22,629 bases of DNA from Spirulina sp. (GCA_044070495.1 JBIPSI010000051.1:1-22629), one strand, 5' to 3'. Numbered from the stretch's first letter, positions 6,958 to 16,279 are shown. Program-made: numbers and translations. The notes: a model not told the origin generated them from the letters alone.

Positions 6958-8382
6958 CTACCGATACACCTCCCGAATCACACCCCCATCAGCCGCCACC
7001 AGTTGTACATGGAGCGGCATTTGCCCTGCGGCGTGGGTGGAGCAGGAGAGGCAGGGGTCGTAGCAGCGGATTCCGGCTTCGACGCGGTTGAGAAAGCCTT
7101 CGGGAATGTCTTCGCTGTGGATGTAGTGTTTGGCGATTTGGGTGACGGTTTTGTTCATGGCCAGGTTGTTTTGGCCCGTGGCGATGATCAGGTTCACCTT
7201 TTGGACGAGGCCGTTGTCGTCTACTTTGTAGTGGTGGAAGAGGGTGCCACGGGGGGCTTCGCTGACGCCGACCGCTTCTAGGGCGTTGACTCCAGCGTGG
7301 GCGCGGACGCGGGTGGAGAGGATGTCGGGGTCATCCATGAGGATTTGGATGTGCTCTAGGCAGGCGAGGATTTCCACCAGGCGGGCGTAGTGGTAGAGGA
7401 AGGAGGAGGTGGGTACGCCGCCCGCGTAGTCGCGCAGGTTTTGCAGTTCGGCGTCGGCTTGGGGGGTGCCGATGCGGTCGCAGACGTTGAGCCGCGCCAG
7501 GGGGCCGACGCGGTAGATGCCGTCGGGGTAGCCCATCGGCTTGTAGTAGGGGAATTTGAGGTACGACCAGTTTTCGACCGCTTCGCCGAGGAAGGTTTGG
7601 TAGTCGTCTTCGCTGAGGCCATCGGCGACGATGTTGCCGCTGCTGTCGGAGAAGCGCAGGTGGCCGTCGTAGTGTTCCCAGAGGCCATCTTTGCCGACCA
7701 GGCCCATGAACAGGGAGGGAAACTCGCCAAAAATGCCCACTTCTTCCTTCATGGGGCCGCTGATTAGCCCTTTGAAGATGTCGAGGGCTTTGCGGATGGT
7801 GGCGAAGGATTCGGGCAGGCGGTCTACGATCCAGGCGCGGCCTTCTTCGCTGAGGGGTTCGCGGACGCCACCGGGCACTGTCCAGGCGGCGTGGATTTTG
7901 CGGCCACCGAGGATTTCGATAACTTTCTGGCCAAACTGGCGCAGACGAATTCCGGCGCGGGCCAGGTCGGGGTCGGCGGCGATCAGGCCAAAGACGTTGC
8001 GTTTGGCGGGGTCGCTATCCCAGCCCAGCAAAAAGTCGGGGCTGCTGAGGTGGAAGAAGGAGAGGGCGTGGGACTGGGTGAGCTGGCCCAGATTCATCAG
8101 GCGGCGCAGTTTGTCGGCGGTTTCAGGAATTTTCACCGCTAGGATTTTGTCGCCGGTTTTGGCGGAGCAAATCAGGTGGCTGACCGGGCAAATGCCGCAG
8201 ATGCGGGCGGTGATGCCAGCCATTTCGGTGTAGGGACGGCCCTCGCAGAACTTTTCAAACCCCCGATATTCCACCACATGGAACTGGGCATTGGAGACGT
8301 TGCCCGCATCATCCAAGAAGACCGAAATTTTGGCGTGGCCTTCGATGCGAGTAACGGGGTCGATAACTACGGTTTTTGCCAT
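6958..8382 (-). CDS. hoxH: Bidirectional [NiFe]-hydrogenase large subunit
   Basis: [11 protein letters not shown]1 motif RICGICP, L2 motif DPCLSCSTH followed by a cleavable C-terminal extension. Confidence 0.98.
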   Translation of the reverse strand: MAKTVVIDPVTRIEGHAKISVFLDDAGNVSNAQFHVVEYRGFEKFCEGRPYTEMAGITARICGICPVSHLICSAKTGDKILAVKIPETADKLRRLMNLGQLTQSHALSFFHLSSPDFLLGWDSDPAKRNVFGLIAADPDLARAGIRLRQFGQKVIEILGGRKIHAAWTVPGGVREPLSEEGRAWIVDRLPESFATIRKALDIFKGLISGPMKEEVGIFGEFPSLFMGLVGKDGLWEHYDGHLRFSDSSGNIVADGLSEDDYQTFLGEAVENWSYLKFPYYKPMGYPDGIYRVGPLARLNVCDRIGTPQADAELQNLRDYAGGVPTSSFLYHYARLVEILACLEHIQILMDDPDILSTRVRAHAGVNALEAVGVSEAPRGTLFHHYKVDDNGLVQKVNLIIATGQNNLAMNKTVTQIAKHYIHSEDIPEGFLNRVEAGIRCYDPCLSCSTHAAGQMPLHVQLVAADGGVIREVYR

Positions 8383-8393
8383 GGTGGGGTCTC

Positions 8394-8550
8394 CGGGGGG
8401 AGTGGGTGGATGGGGTGGTGGGGTGGTGGGGTGGTGGGTGGGGTAGTGAGGAGGGGGAAATGAGATGGGAGAAAGATCGAGTCAATGACTATCTCGCCAT
8501 CCCACTACCTCGTTATCCCGCTATCTCACGACCTCGCCACCCCACTATCC
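8394..8550. repeat. G-rich short tandem repeats followed by complementary C-rich units
   Basis: (GGGGTGGT)n-like tract at about 8400-8457 and CCCCACTA/CTCGCCAC-type units at about 8493-8550, between the CP12 gene and hoxH. Confidence 0.65.
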
Positions 8551-8553
8551 CAA

Positions 8554-8787
8554 TTAGCTGTCGTACATCAAGCCTTCGATGGCTTCGGGGTTTTCTTCGA
8601 GGTACTTGTCAAAGCCGGTTTGCTTGGGCTTTTGGTGTTGGTGAGACACTTCGGCCCGCATTTCTTCGACGGCATCCCAGGCGGCGGCGGCTTCGGGGGA
8701 GGTTTCGCCCTTCTCAGCCGTTACTTGGTGAGCATAGTCGATGGCCTTTTGTAGCTCTTCATTGAACTCTTTGCTGTCAACGCTCAT
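8554..8787 (-). CDS. cp12: CP12-domain protein lacking all cysteines
   Basis: Core AAAWDAVEEM and a C-terminal FDKYLEENPEAIEGLMYD, where canonical CP12 has YCxxNPxAxECxxYD. GGAGG Shine-Dalgarno sequence upstream. Confidence 0.88.
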   Translation of the reverse strand: MSVDSKEFNEELQKAIDYAHQVTAEKGETSPEAAAAWDAVEEMRAEVSHQHQKPKQTGFDKYLEENPEAIEGLMYDS

Positions 8788-8807
8788 GGTTGTTCCTCCT
8801 AATCGAA

Positions 8808-9359
8808 CTATCCGAATTTAATCATTTCGCGTCCTACCATGTCGGGCTGTTGCCCGTGGAGTAGCGGTTCAATGGTAGCCCGGATGCGATCAGCAGAGGG
8901 AGGGCAACCCGGCATAAAGATGTCTACAGGCACAATTTCGTGGACGGGGGTGACGCGATCCATCAGCTCTGGCACGATGCCGGGGGCGTGGGGAAGCTGG
9001 GCGTTTTCGTCCGCCAGTTCTAGGTAGCCCCGCTTGAGCACACCCTCGGCGCTGTTGCGGAGCATATTCCGCATGGCGGGCACGTTGGCGGTGACGGCGC
9101 AGTCGCCAAAGGAGATCAGCAGCTTGGTTTTGCGGCGCACTTCGTAGATCAACTCTAGGTTGTCTTCGTTGGCAATCGCCCCTTCCACCAGGCACACATC
9201 CACGTTGTTGGGATACTCCTTCAGGTCGCAGCCCACGGGGCTATAGACCACCTCCACCAAGTCGGCCAGGTCGATTAAAAACTCATCCAAATCTAAAAAC
9301 GACATGTGGCAGCCCGAACAACCCGCCAGCCATACCGTGGCAAACCTTATCTTGTCCAT
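8808..9359 (-). CDS. hoxY: Bidirectional hydrogenase small subunit
   Basis: WLAGCSGCHMS, FGDCAVT and PGCPP motifs. Confidence 0.97.
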   Translation of the reverse strand: MDKIRFATVWLAGCSGCHMSFLDLDEFLIDLADLVEVVYSPVGCDLKEYPNNVDVCLVEGAIANEDNLELIYEVRRKTKLLISFGDCAVTANVPAMRNMLRNSAEGVLKRGYLELADENAQLPHAPGIVPELMDRVTPVHEIVPVDIFMPGCPPSADRIRATIEPLLHGQQPDMVGREMIKFG

Positions 9360-10063
9360 TGATGCTTCTCCCGTGCGGTGGATAGAAATTCGAGCTTGTC
9401 GGAGTCGGCCTGTTTTTCGCCCGTGGTGCTGCCCTGCTTAAAGATGGCCCCGGTGGGGCAGGCATCCACGCATTTGCCACAGGAGGTACAGGCATCTACC
9501 TCGCCCCAGGGTTGATTCAACCCGGAGACAATGTAACAAGCCGCGCCCCGATTGCCCACATCCCAAACGTGGGCACCCTCCACCTCGTCGCACACCCGAA
9601 CGCAGCGGGTACAGAGGATGCAGCGGTTGTGGTCAATGCCAAACATCGGGTGGGAGAGATCCACGCCCCGATCTGGGAATCGGTAGGGGAAACGGCTGTG
9701 ATCCATACCCACCTCGATGGCCACATCCTGCAATTCGCAGTTGCCATTGGCCACGCAGATGGAGCACACATGGTTGCCCTCGGCGAAAATTAGTTCCACC
9801 GTCATGCGCCGGTACTCTTGCAGTTTGGGCGTTTGGGTATGGATCACCATGCCCTCCCACACTTCGGTGACGCAGGCGGGCAGCATCTTGTTCATGCCCT
9901 CAATTTCCACCAGGCAGAGGCGACAGGCCCCCACCGGAGTAATGCCCTCCAGGTGGCAGAGCTTGGGGATGGCGACTCCCGCTTCTTCAGCCGCTGCCAG
10001 AATGCTGGTGCCCGCCTCTACGGCAATGTCTTTGCCATCAATATTTAGGGTTCTTACGGCCAT
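9347..10063 (-). CDS. hoxU: Diaphorase Fe-S subunit HoxU
   Basis: Start MAVRTLNIDG at 10063 with an AAGGAG Shine-Dalgarno sequence. Motifs CH...GACRLC, HVCSICVANGNCELQ, CILCTRCVRVC and CTSCGKCVDACP. Confidence 0.96.
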   Translation of the reverse strand: MAVRTLNIDGKDIAVEAGTSILAAAEEAGVAIPKLCHLEGITPVGACRLCLVEIEGMNKMLPACVTEVWEGMVIHTQTPKLQEYRRMTVELIFAEGNHVCSICVANGNCELQDVAIEVGMDHSRFPYRFPDRGVDLSHPMFGIDHNRCILCTRCVRVCDEVEGAHVWDVGNRGAACYIVSGLNQPWGEVDACTSCGKCVDACPTGAIFKQGSTTGEKQADSDKLEFLSTAREKHQWTR

Positions 10064-10064
10064 G

Positions 10065-11090
10065 TTAAGCTCCTTCGCCAGTACATACCAAAACCAACTG
10101 CCCCGACACCGCCCCGCTATCCAGCAAGCGATGGGCCTGGGCCGCCTCCCGCAGGGGCAACCGCTGAGCAATCACCGGACGAATCCGCCCCGCCGCCAGC
10201 CAGTCCAGCAGCAGGGCGAGATCCTGCTTAAACCAGTCGGGGTGGGCCTGCTTTAGCCCGGTAATGCTGTAGAACGAAACCTGCTTGCCATCGGGCCAAA
10301 CCTTGAGGGCTGTCATCAGCCCAAAGGTGGCGGCAAAGGCCAGTTGACGCTGCCGACTCTGCATCGCCGCCGAAAAGCCGTAGCAGAGCAGATGTCCGCC
10401 GGGGGCCAGGGCTTGGTAGGACGGTCGCAAATGCCCGCCACCGATACCGTCAAACACGGCGTCTACCCCGTTTTCCGTCAGGGATCGGACTCTTGCGACA
10501 AAGTCCTCCCGTTGGTAGTCGATGGGAACACCGCCCAGCCGTCGCACTAAGTCATGCTTGGTCGCCGAAGCAGTACCATACATTTCCAAACCTAGGATTT
10601 GGCCGATTTCCAGCAAGGCCGTCCCCACGCCGCCCCCGGCCCCGTGGATCAGCACCCGCTGTCCCGGCTGCAGTTTGGCGATGCGGTGGATCAACTGGTA
10701 GGCGGTGACGTATTGCAGCACCAGACAGGCCGCTTCGTTGGGGTCTACCCCGTCGGGTAGGGGCACCAGTTCGCTAGCCGCCACACAGAGGTATTCGCTA
10801 TAGCCCCCCGTCACCGTTAGGGCAACAACTCGCTGACCCAGGGCAACCCCAGTGACGGCTTCCCCCAGTTGGTCAATTTCGCCCACCACTTCGTAACCGG
10901 GCGAAAAGGGCGGCTTGGGAATACCGGGATACATCCCCTCCCGAATCAGCACGTCCGTATAGGCCGCACCGACCGCCAGCACCCGTAGCCGCACCTGATC
11001 AGAATTCGGGAAGGGCAATTCCGCCTCCTCCACCAGTTGCAGCACCTCGGCATGGCCGTGGCGGGGGATGATCACACGCTGATAACTCAT
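10065..11090 (-). CDS. Medium-chain dehydrogenase/reductase (NADPH:quinone oxidoreductase-like, no zinc ligands)
   Basis: PFSPGYEVVG, GGYSEY, YVTAYQ, VLIHGAGGGVGTA and EAAQAHRLL...GQLVL. AGGAGG Shine-Dalgarno sequence. Confidence 0.9.
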   Translation of the reverse strand: MSYQRVIIPRHGHAEVLQLVEEAELPFPNSDQVRLRVLAVGAAYTDVLIREGMYPGIPKPPFSPGYEVVGEIDQLGEAVTGVALGQRVVALTVTGGYSEYLCVAASELVPLPDGVDPNEAACLVLQYVTAYQLIHRIAKLQPGQRVLIHGAGGGVGTALLEIGQILGLEMYGTASATKHDLVRRLGGVPIDYQREDFVARVRSLTENGVDAVFDGIGGGHLRPSYQALAPGGHLLCYGFSAAMQSRQRQLAFAATFGLMTALKVWPDGKQVSFYSITGLKQAHPDWFKQDLALLLDWLAAGRIRPVIAQRLPLREAAQAHRLLDSGAVSGQLVLVCTGEGA

Positions 11091-11121
11091 AGCGACCTCC
11101 TGGGGTAGCGTAGGCGGCTGA

Positions 11122-11217
11122 CCTTCTCCCTAAATCCCTCTCCCAAGGCGGGAGAGGAACTTTGAAGGCAGCGTCCGGCCCCCCTCTCCTTCCTGGGAGA
11201 GGGGCTGGGGGTGAGGG
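11122..11217. repeat. Two-hairpin palindromic dispersed repeat (CTCTCCC/GGGAGAG type)
   Basis: CCCTAAATCCCTCTCCC-aaggc-GGGAGAGGAACTTTGA...TCCGGCCCCCCTCTCC-ttcctg-GGAGAGGGGCTGGGGGTGAGGG, between hoxF and the MDR gene. Confidence 0.8.
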
Positions 11218-11229
11218 CGATCACGGACA

Positions 11230-12870
11230 TCATACGTTCACCTCTTGGGGAGCCTCTTTGCCGTTGAGGTCGCTGAGGTATTCCGGTTCGATGAGGAGTT
11301 CTTCGTACTCTTCCCGGAAATATTTCAGGGTGCTGAGGACGGGATTAGGAGCCGTTTGGCCGAGGCCGCAGAGGCTGGTGTCGCGCACCATTTCGCAGAG
11401 GGCTTCCATTTTCACCAGGTCTTCGGCGGTGGCTTGGCGTTTGAGGATTTTAGACAGCATGGCGTAGAGCTGCACCGTGCCCGTGCGGCAGGGGACGCAT
11501 TTGCCGCAGGTTTCCCCTCGGCAGAACTCCATATAGAACTGGGAAATGCCGACCATGCTGGTGGAGTCGTCCATCACCACCATGCCGCCGGAGCCCATCA
11601 TGGAGCCGACCTTGCGGAGGGAATCGTAGTCCACCGGGGTATCCAGCATGGATTTGGGAATGCAGCCGCCGGAGGGGCCACCCGTCTGCACCGCCTTCAC
11701 CTCGCCATCGGGGACACCGCCGCCCATTTCCTCCACAATTTGCCGTAGGGAAATGCCCATCGGCACTTCGATCAGGCCGTTGTTGCGGATTTTGCCCGTT
11801 AGCGCAAAGATTTTGGTACCCTTGCTGTTTTCGGTGCCGATGCTGGAATACCAGTCCGCCCCGTTGCGGATGATGGCGGTGATGTTGGCCAGGGTTTCCA
11901 CGTTGTTGATCAGGGTTGGGCAGTCGTATAGCCCCTTCTGCGCCGGGTAGGGAGGCCGAGGCACGGGGTTGCCCCGCCCGCCTTCGATGGACTGGATCAG
12001 CGCCGTTTCTTCGCCGCAGACAAAGGCCCCCGCCCCAATGCGGATGTCGATTTTGAAATCGAAGGGAGAGTCAAAAATTTGGCTCCCCAACAGGCCGTAT
12101 TTCTTGGCCTGCTGAATGCCCTTCTGCAAGCGGGCAATGGCCAGGGGATATTCCGCCCGCACGTAGATGTAGCCGTGGTTCGCGCCGACGGCATACCCGG
12201 CAATCGCCATCCCCTCTAGCACCAGGTGGGGATCGCTCTCTAGGATGCTGCGATCCATAAACGCGCCCGGATCGCCCTCATCGCCGTTGCAGATGATGTA
12301 CTTTTGGCCTTCGGGCATTTTCGCCACCGTGGCCCACTTCAGCCCGGTGGGATAGCCGCCGCCGCCCCGCCCCCGCAGGCCGCTCTTGGAAATTTGATCC
12401 ACCACCTCGGCGGGGGTCATTTCGTAAATCGCCTTGTGTAGCGATTCGTAGCCGCCCACCGCGATGTATTCCTCAATCCGTTCCGGGTCAATTTTGCCGC
12501 TATATTCCCGCACCACCCGCATTTGCCGCGCAAAGAAGGGATGGTTCACATCCCCCTGAATCGGCTGAGCCTCGCCGCCATCCATGGCCTCAATGATGCT
12601 GGCCGCCTGGTCGGGGGTGACTTCTTCATAGAGCAATTCGTCAGGATCCACCTGCACCAGGGGGCCACGGCCACAAAAGCCCATGCAGCCCACCCCCACC
12701 ACCTCCACCCGATCCTCCAGGTGATGATCCGTCACCGCCTGCTTCAAATTGCCGTAGATGCCCATGGCATCCGCCGCCCGACACCCCGTTGAAGTACAGC
12801 AATGTACCCGCACCGGCTTCTGACGTTCCTGTTCGGCCTTAGCGACGGTCTGTAGTTCTTGTAAATCCAT
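11230..12870 (-). CDS. hoxF: Diaphorase FMN/NAD-binding subunit HoxF
   Basis: N-terminal 2Fe-2S domain (VGCMGFCG), GLRGRGGGGYPTG, CNGDEGDPGAFMDR, GAFVCGEETAL and TCGKCVPCR...CGLG. Confidence 0.97.
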   Translation of the reverse strand: MDLQELQTVAKAEQERQKPVRVHCCTSTGCRAADAMGIYGNLKQAVTDHHLEDRVEVVGVGCMGFCGRGPLVQVDPDELLYEEVTPDQAASIIEAMDGGEAQPIQGDVNHPFFARQMRVVREYSGKIDPERIEEYIAVGGYESLHKAIYEMTPAEVVDQISKSGLRGRGGGGYPTGLKWATVAKMPEGQKYIICNGDEGDPGAFMDRSILESDPHLVLEGMAIAGYAVGANHGYIYVRAEYPLAIARLQKGIQQAKKYGLLGSQIFDSPFDFKIDIRIGAGAFVCGEETALIQSIEGGRGNPVPRPPYPAQKGLYDCPTLINNVETLANITAIIRNGADWYSSIGTENSKGTKIFALTGKIRNNGLIEVPMGISLRQIVEEMGGGVPDGEVKAVQTGGPSGGCIPKSMLDTPVDYDSLRKVGSMMGSGGMVVMDDSTSMVGISQFYMEFCRGETCGKCVPCRTGTVQLYAMLSKILKRQATAEDLVKMEALCEMVRDTSLCGLGQTAPNPVLSTLKYFREEYEELLIEPEYLSDLNGKEAPQEVNV

Positions 12871-12893
12871 GATGGTCTCCTGTGGGAGGGGCG

Positions 12894-13068
12894 TTATTGG
12901 TTATTGGGGGGGTAGTTATTCGTTATTGGTTATTGGGGGTTCGTTATTCGCTGTTGGTTCTTTGGGAGGTGTTATTGGTTATTGGGGAGTGGGTTAAAGG
13001 GTCAAAACCAGCAACATGGATCCAACTAATAACCAATAACCAATAACCAACAACCAATAACCAACAAC
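12894..13068. repeat. Heptameric STRR tracts in inverted arrangement (TTATTGG ... CCAATAA)
   Basis: TTATTGG/TTATTCG units at 12894-12985 and AACCAAT/AACCAAC units at 13027-13068, between hoxE and hoxF. Confidence 0.85.
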
Positions 13069-13074
13069 CCAACC

Positions 13075-13605
13075 TCACCCCTCGCCTTCCCAAACTTTTA
13101 TCTTGGCGACGGCTTCCTCTGGCGAGAGCTTGCCGCCCACGGTGCCGTCAAACACCACAGCGGGGGCAATGCCACAGGCCCCCAGACAGCGGGCCGCCAT
13201 TAGGGAAACCTTGCCGTCGGGGGTGGTTTCGCCTAGTTCAATGCCGAGGGCTTCTTGCAGTTTTTCCATCACCTTGTCGCCGCCCTTGACGTAGCAGGCG
13301 GTGCCCATGCAGACCACGCAGGTGTGCGCCCCGCTGGGCTTGAGGGAAAACAGGTGATAAAACGTGGCAACGCCGTAGACCTTACTGAGGGGTAGCTTGA
13401 GGCCGTGGGCGACGTATTGCAACACGTCTTCTTCTAAGAAACCAAAGGCCTCCTGGGCGACGTGGAGCACCTCAATCAGGGCATCGGGGGCATACTGCTG
13501 CCGCTTCATGGTGATGTCGAGGCGTTTGAAGCGCAGATCGGGCTTGGCAGGCTTCTCCTGCTTGGCGGCGGGTTCAACGGTGGTCGTCGTAGCGGTGGGT
13601 GACAT
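13075..13605 (-). CDS. hoxE: Diaphorase subunit HoxE (NuoE-like)
   Basis: VYGVATFYHLF, CVVCMGTACYVKG and ARCLGACGIAP. Confidence 0.97.
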   Translation of the reverse strand: MSPTATTTTVEPAAKQEKPAKPDLRFKRLDITMKRQQYAPDALIEVLHVAQEAFGFLEEDVLQYVAHGLKLPLSKVYGVATFYHLFSLKPSGAHTCVVCMGTACYVKGGDKVMEKLQEALGIELGETTPDGKVSLMAARCLGACGIAPAVVFDGTVGGKLSPEEAVAKIKVWEGEG

Positions 13606-14107
13606 GGCACAACCCTTTATAGATGTCGGTTATCGCCCCAGAAAGAGCCACAACCAAATTAACGGGAAAGAAAAGTGGTGAAAAAGAGCGCTTGAGTTAT
13701 CCAAACTCACTTTCAAAATAATTGGTGTTCGACAAAAAACAATTTAAGAGAATCTTATGATTTCCAGAGGACAAGTCCTCAAAAACAGCACAATAAATGT
13801 GATAGAGAATACTCTACCCTAGGCGAGTCAATGCGTTACAGAAAAGACATTTTGAAGGGATTGGCGACGCAATATCAATGGGCGATTTTAACAACATGAT
13901 CCTTTCAAAAGTCCATCTGGCCAATATTTTGGCTACAGATTCACGTTATCTGATCCCCCGGATAAAAACAGGGTTCTATTCACAGATCTATACTATTTGG
14001 TAATTAGATTGTCTTAAGCTTTCTGATTGCGAACCCCTCAGCTCAAAAACTCATATTTTCTTAAGGATTCCATGGAAATTATCGTAATGCTTCTGACTAA
14101 AGAATAC

Positions 14108-14133
14108 GGCGGATTCTGAAACCCCGCCCCTAT
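14108..14133 (-). repeat. Degenerate GTAG-like REP hairpin
   Basis: Minus strand ATAGGGGCGGGGTTTCAGAATCCGCC forms an imperfect hairpin preceded by (A)TAG. Confidence 0.4.
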
Positions 14134-14479
14134 CAAATTCTGGTACGTCCCCGGTTTAGGTGGGCAAGATCTCCTCGCCATCCGACACTTTGTCGGATGG
14201 TTTGTCGTTTTTCCTTTGAGGCTCAAAATCAGTGAGTAACAGAATCAGGGTCGTTTTCTGGATGGCGCTATATAATACATGAGAACCACTCTCTGACTCA
14301 ACGTCCTGAAACCGCCATGGTGTAAGCTGTTCAACAGCTTTCTGGAAACTTTTGTCAGTCAACCAGGGACAGAACAGTGGGTATGGCGGCGGCGGGTAGG
14401 GGGGATGGGTTGGCCATGGCGGCAGCGGGCAACGGTTGGCCTAGCTTCAGGGCAAGACCTAGGGCTGGGGCCAAACCGA

Positions 14480-14527
14480 ATTTAGAAGTCATGGCAAAAC
14501 GATATTTAGAAGTCATGGCAAAACGAT
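14480..14527. repeat. Exact 24-bp tandem duplication
   Basis: ATTTAGAAGTCATGGCAAAACGAT at 14480-14503 and 14504-14527. Confidence 0.95.
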
Positions 14528-14630
14528 GGGCAGGCGTTTGGGTTTACGCGGCCCTGCAGCTAGCTGGGGGCCTATGTTTTATTCCCTGAGAGTTCGCATC
14601 AGTGGCCCAGACGGTTGGGATGCCCTGGGC

Positions 14631-15347
14631 CTAGTAGCGGAAAATCACCCGTGAGGCCGGTCGGATGTCGGCATGGAGGAAGCCCTTGGCTTGGCCGAGG
14701 CCGATGCCTTTGACCTCAGGCTCGTTTTTGAGCACATTGAGGAGGGTGGCGAAGTTGCCGTTGAGGGGGTAGATATCCACGGCCCGACCGGGAATGTGCT
14801 GGGAGTTGGGCACGCCAATTCTCAGGTGGGCGGGTCGAAACCCAGAGGTGACTCCAATGGATGATCCAAATTTGACCCGAATACGGCCAAACACCTTGGC
14901 CATATTCTGAATATTTTTCACTTCGCTGACCTGGGTGGGGCGACGGGTGAGGTTCTTGGTCATTTCCCCCCAGGTGAGGTAGGAGTTGGGCAAAATCCAT
15001 TCATTGGCATAGACCAAGCCCACGGCGGGCAGCGTCGCGGAAGTCCCAGATTTTGATCCGGCCATGGCTAGGGGTTTTTGGTTTAGCCCCTCCAACTGCT
15101 CCGAGACATTGTCGGGGGGTACCAGTTGGGCCAAAAGATTGAGGGTGGTTTGCCCAATGCCCTTGGGGTATTCCAAATTTTGTTCGGCCTTAAACTCGGC
15201 TAGGGCGGCGAAGGTTTTGGGGCCACATACGCCGTCGGGTTCGCTATCCAAATAGCCCCCCAGCTTGAGCTGAGTTTGAATCCATCGAATAATGTTGGGC
15301 TCTAATTCGTCGATGTTGCGGGGAACCGTGAGGGTAGGTGCTTTCAT
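14631..15347 (-). CDS. Peptidoglycan-binding-domain / peptidase M15 family protein
   Basis: PG-binding motif IQTQLKLGGY...DGVCGPKTFAALAEFK. M15A zinc motifs VTSGFR, SQHIPGRAVD and FLHAD. Confidence 0.9.
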   Translation of the reverse strand: MKAPTLTVPRNIDELEPNIIRWIQTQLKLGGYLDSEPDGVCGPKTFAALAEFKAEQNLEYPKGIGQTTLNLLAQLVPPDNVSEQLEGLNQKPLAMAGSKSGTSATLPAVGLVYANEWILPNSYLTWGEMTKNLTRRPTQVSEVKNIQNMAKVFGRIRVKFGSSIGVTSGFRPAHLRIGVPNSQHIPGRAVDIYPLNGNFATLLNVLKNEPEVKGIGLGQAKGFLHADIRPASRVIFRY

Positions 15348-15499
15348 GGTGTCGTTGCTCCTGAATGGCAGAGAGTCAGCCGTATCCCCCTAGTGTGCCT
15401 GGGTTATCGGAAAATGGCGTTTTTTTTAACCATGGGATACAAACGAAAGCAGGTAGAATTCCCGTTTTTTTGATGCTTCTGCACTGTCCCTAGGACGCC

Positions 15500-15576
15500 G
15501 GGTAGAAAACCCCGGTTTCCACCCTTGAAACGTCCGAATCCCGTAGACGTACCGACGAAGAAACCGGAGTTCTCCC
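15500..15576. repeat. Imperfect inverted repeat of the GAAACCGG/CCGGTTTC type
   Basis: GGGTAGAAAACCCCGGTTTC (15500-15519) pairs with GAAACCGGAGTTCTCCC (15560-15576). Confidence 0.6.
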
Positions 15577-15635
15577 AATCCTGAACCGATGCTCATCGCC
15601 AGCCCCAAAGCCCCCAAAGATGAAACATTCCCAAG

Positions 15636-15662
15636 AAAAAGGACACCCCGGAGGATGTCCTT
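15636..15662 (-). terminator. Intrinsic terminator of the DUF4278 gene
   Basis: Minus strand AAGGACATCC-TCCG-GGGTGTCCTT followed by further T residues, about 40 bp after the stop codon. Confidence 0.7.
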
Positions 15663-15699
15663 GGGCTGCTCCAGCTACAGCGCAAACTGACAAGCCTGA

Positions 15700-16125
15700 C
15701 TAGACCAGTTGATGGAGTTCTTCTTCGAGCTGCTGCACCAACCGTTCATTGCCCTGGGCCTTAGCCACGGCCAAGCGATGATCCAGGGAACGCTGGATAT
15801 TGGTACGGTGGGCAGCGCTAGCTTCCATCAACAGGTGCCGACGGGCCTGCATCACGGGGCTGTCGGCTCCCTTAATTCCCTGAAACACAGGCTGGCGCAC
15901 TTCGGTCTCGGCGCTAACGCTGAGGGGCTTCGGATGGCCTTGGGCCGTGGTTTCATAGCCAACCCCACGGTAGGTATAGCGGGCTATGGGCTGGGGCACG
16001 GGCACATGGCTGGGGTAAGCAAAGGTGAGCGTCCGGCCTCGGTAGCAGCCCGTGATCTCACTGTCTTTCATCTCTAGGGAGAGGGGGGTATGGTCGTACT
16101 CAACACCGCGATAACACAGTTTCAT
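15700..16125 (-). CDS. DUF4278-domain protein
   Basis: Three YRG repeats (MKLCYRGVEY, GCYRG, YTYRGVGY). ATG at 16125 has an AGGAG Shine-Dalgarno sequence. A glutamine riboswitch lies upstream, which is an established association. Confidence 0.88.
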   Translation of the reverse strand: MKLCYRGVEYDHTPLSLEMKDSEITGCYRGRTLTFAYPSHVPVPQPIARYTYRGVGYETTAQGHPKPLSVSAETEVRQPVFQGIKGADSPVMQARRHLLMEASAAHRTNIQRSLDHRLAVAKAQGNERLVQQLEEELHQLV

Positions 16126-16169
16126 AAACGCTCCTGTCAAAAAAGGATTTAACAACGGCTCAAGATGGG

Positions 16170-16268
16170 CGCGTTCCTTCAGGAGACAGCTCCTTACTTC
16201 CGTCTAGGCTCAGAGCGTATTGCCCCATCGGTAATGCAACACCGTCCTAGGGAAGCCCAGATGAACGT
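16170..16268 (-). ncRNA. Glutamine riboswitch (glnA motif)
   Basis: Minus strand ACGTTCATCT-[P2]-AGACGGAAGTAAGGAG-ctgt-CTCCTGAAGGAACGCG matches the glnA consensus (P1 CGTTC/GAACG, CGGAAGTA junction, P3 with E-loop) in the 5' UTR of a DUF4278 gene. Confidence 0.92.
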
Positions 16269-16279
16269 TTAGATATTCT

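Noticed and set aside
6910..13681. Many plus-strand and alternative-frame ORFs over the hox operon
   Set aside because: They are shadows of GC-rich coding sequence that overlap well-supported genes and show no motifs.
13606..14040. LexA, AbrB or NtcA sites in the hox promoter region
   Set aside because: The region is AT-rich and probably regulatory, but I found no convincing consensus match.
14377..14589. 70-aa plus-strand ORF with a repeated LEVMAKR
   Set aside because: The peptide repeat is just the 24-bp DNA duplication. No Shine-Dalgarno sequence or recognisable family.
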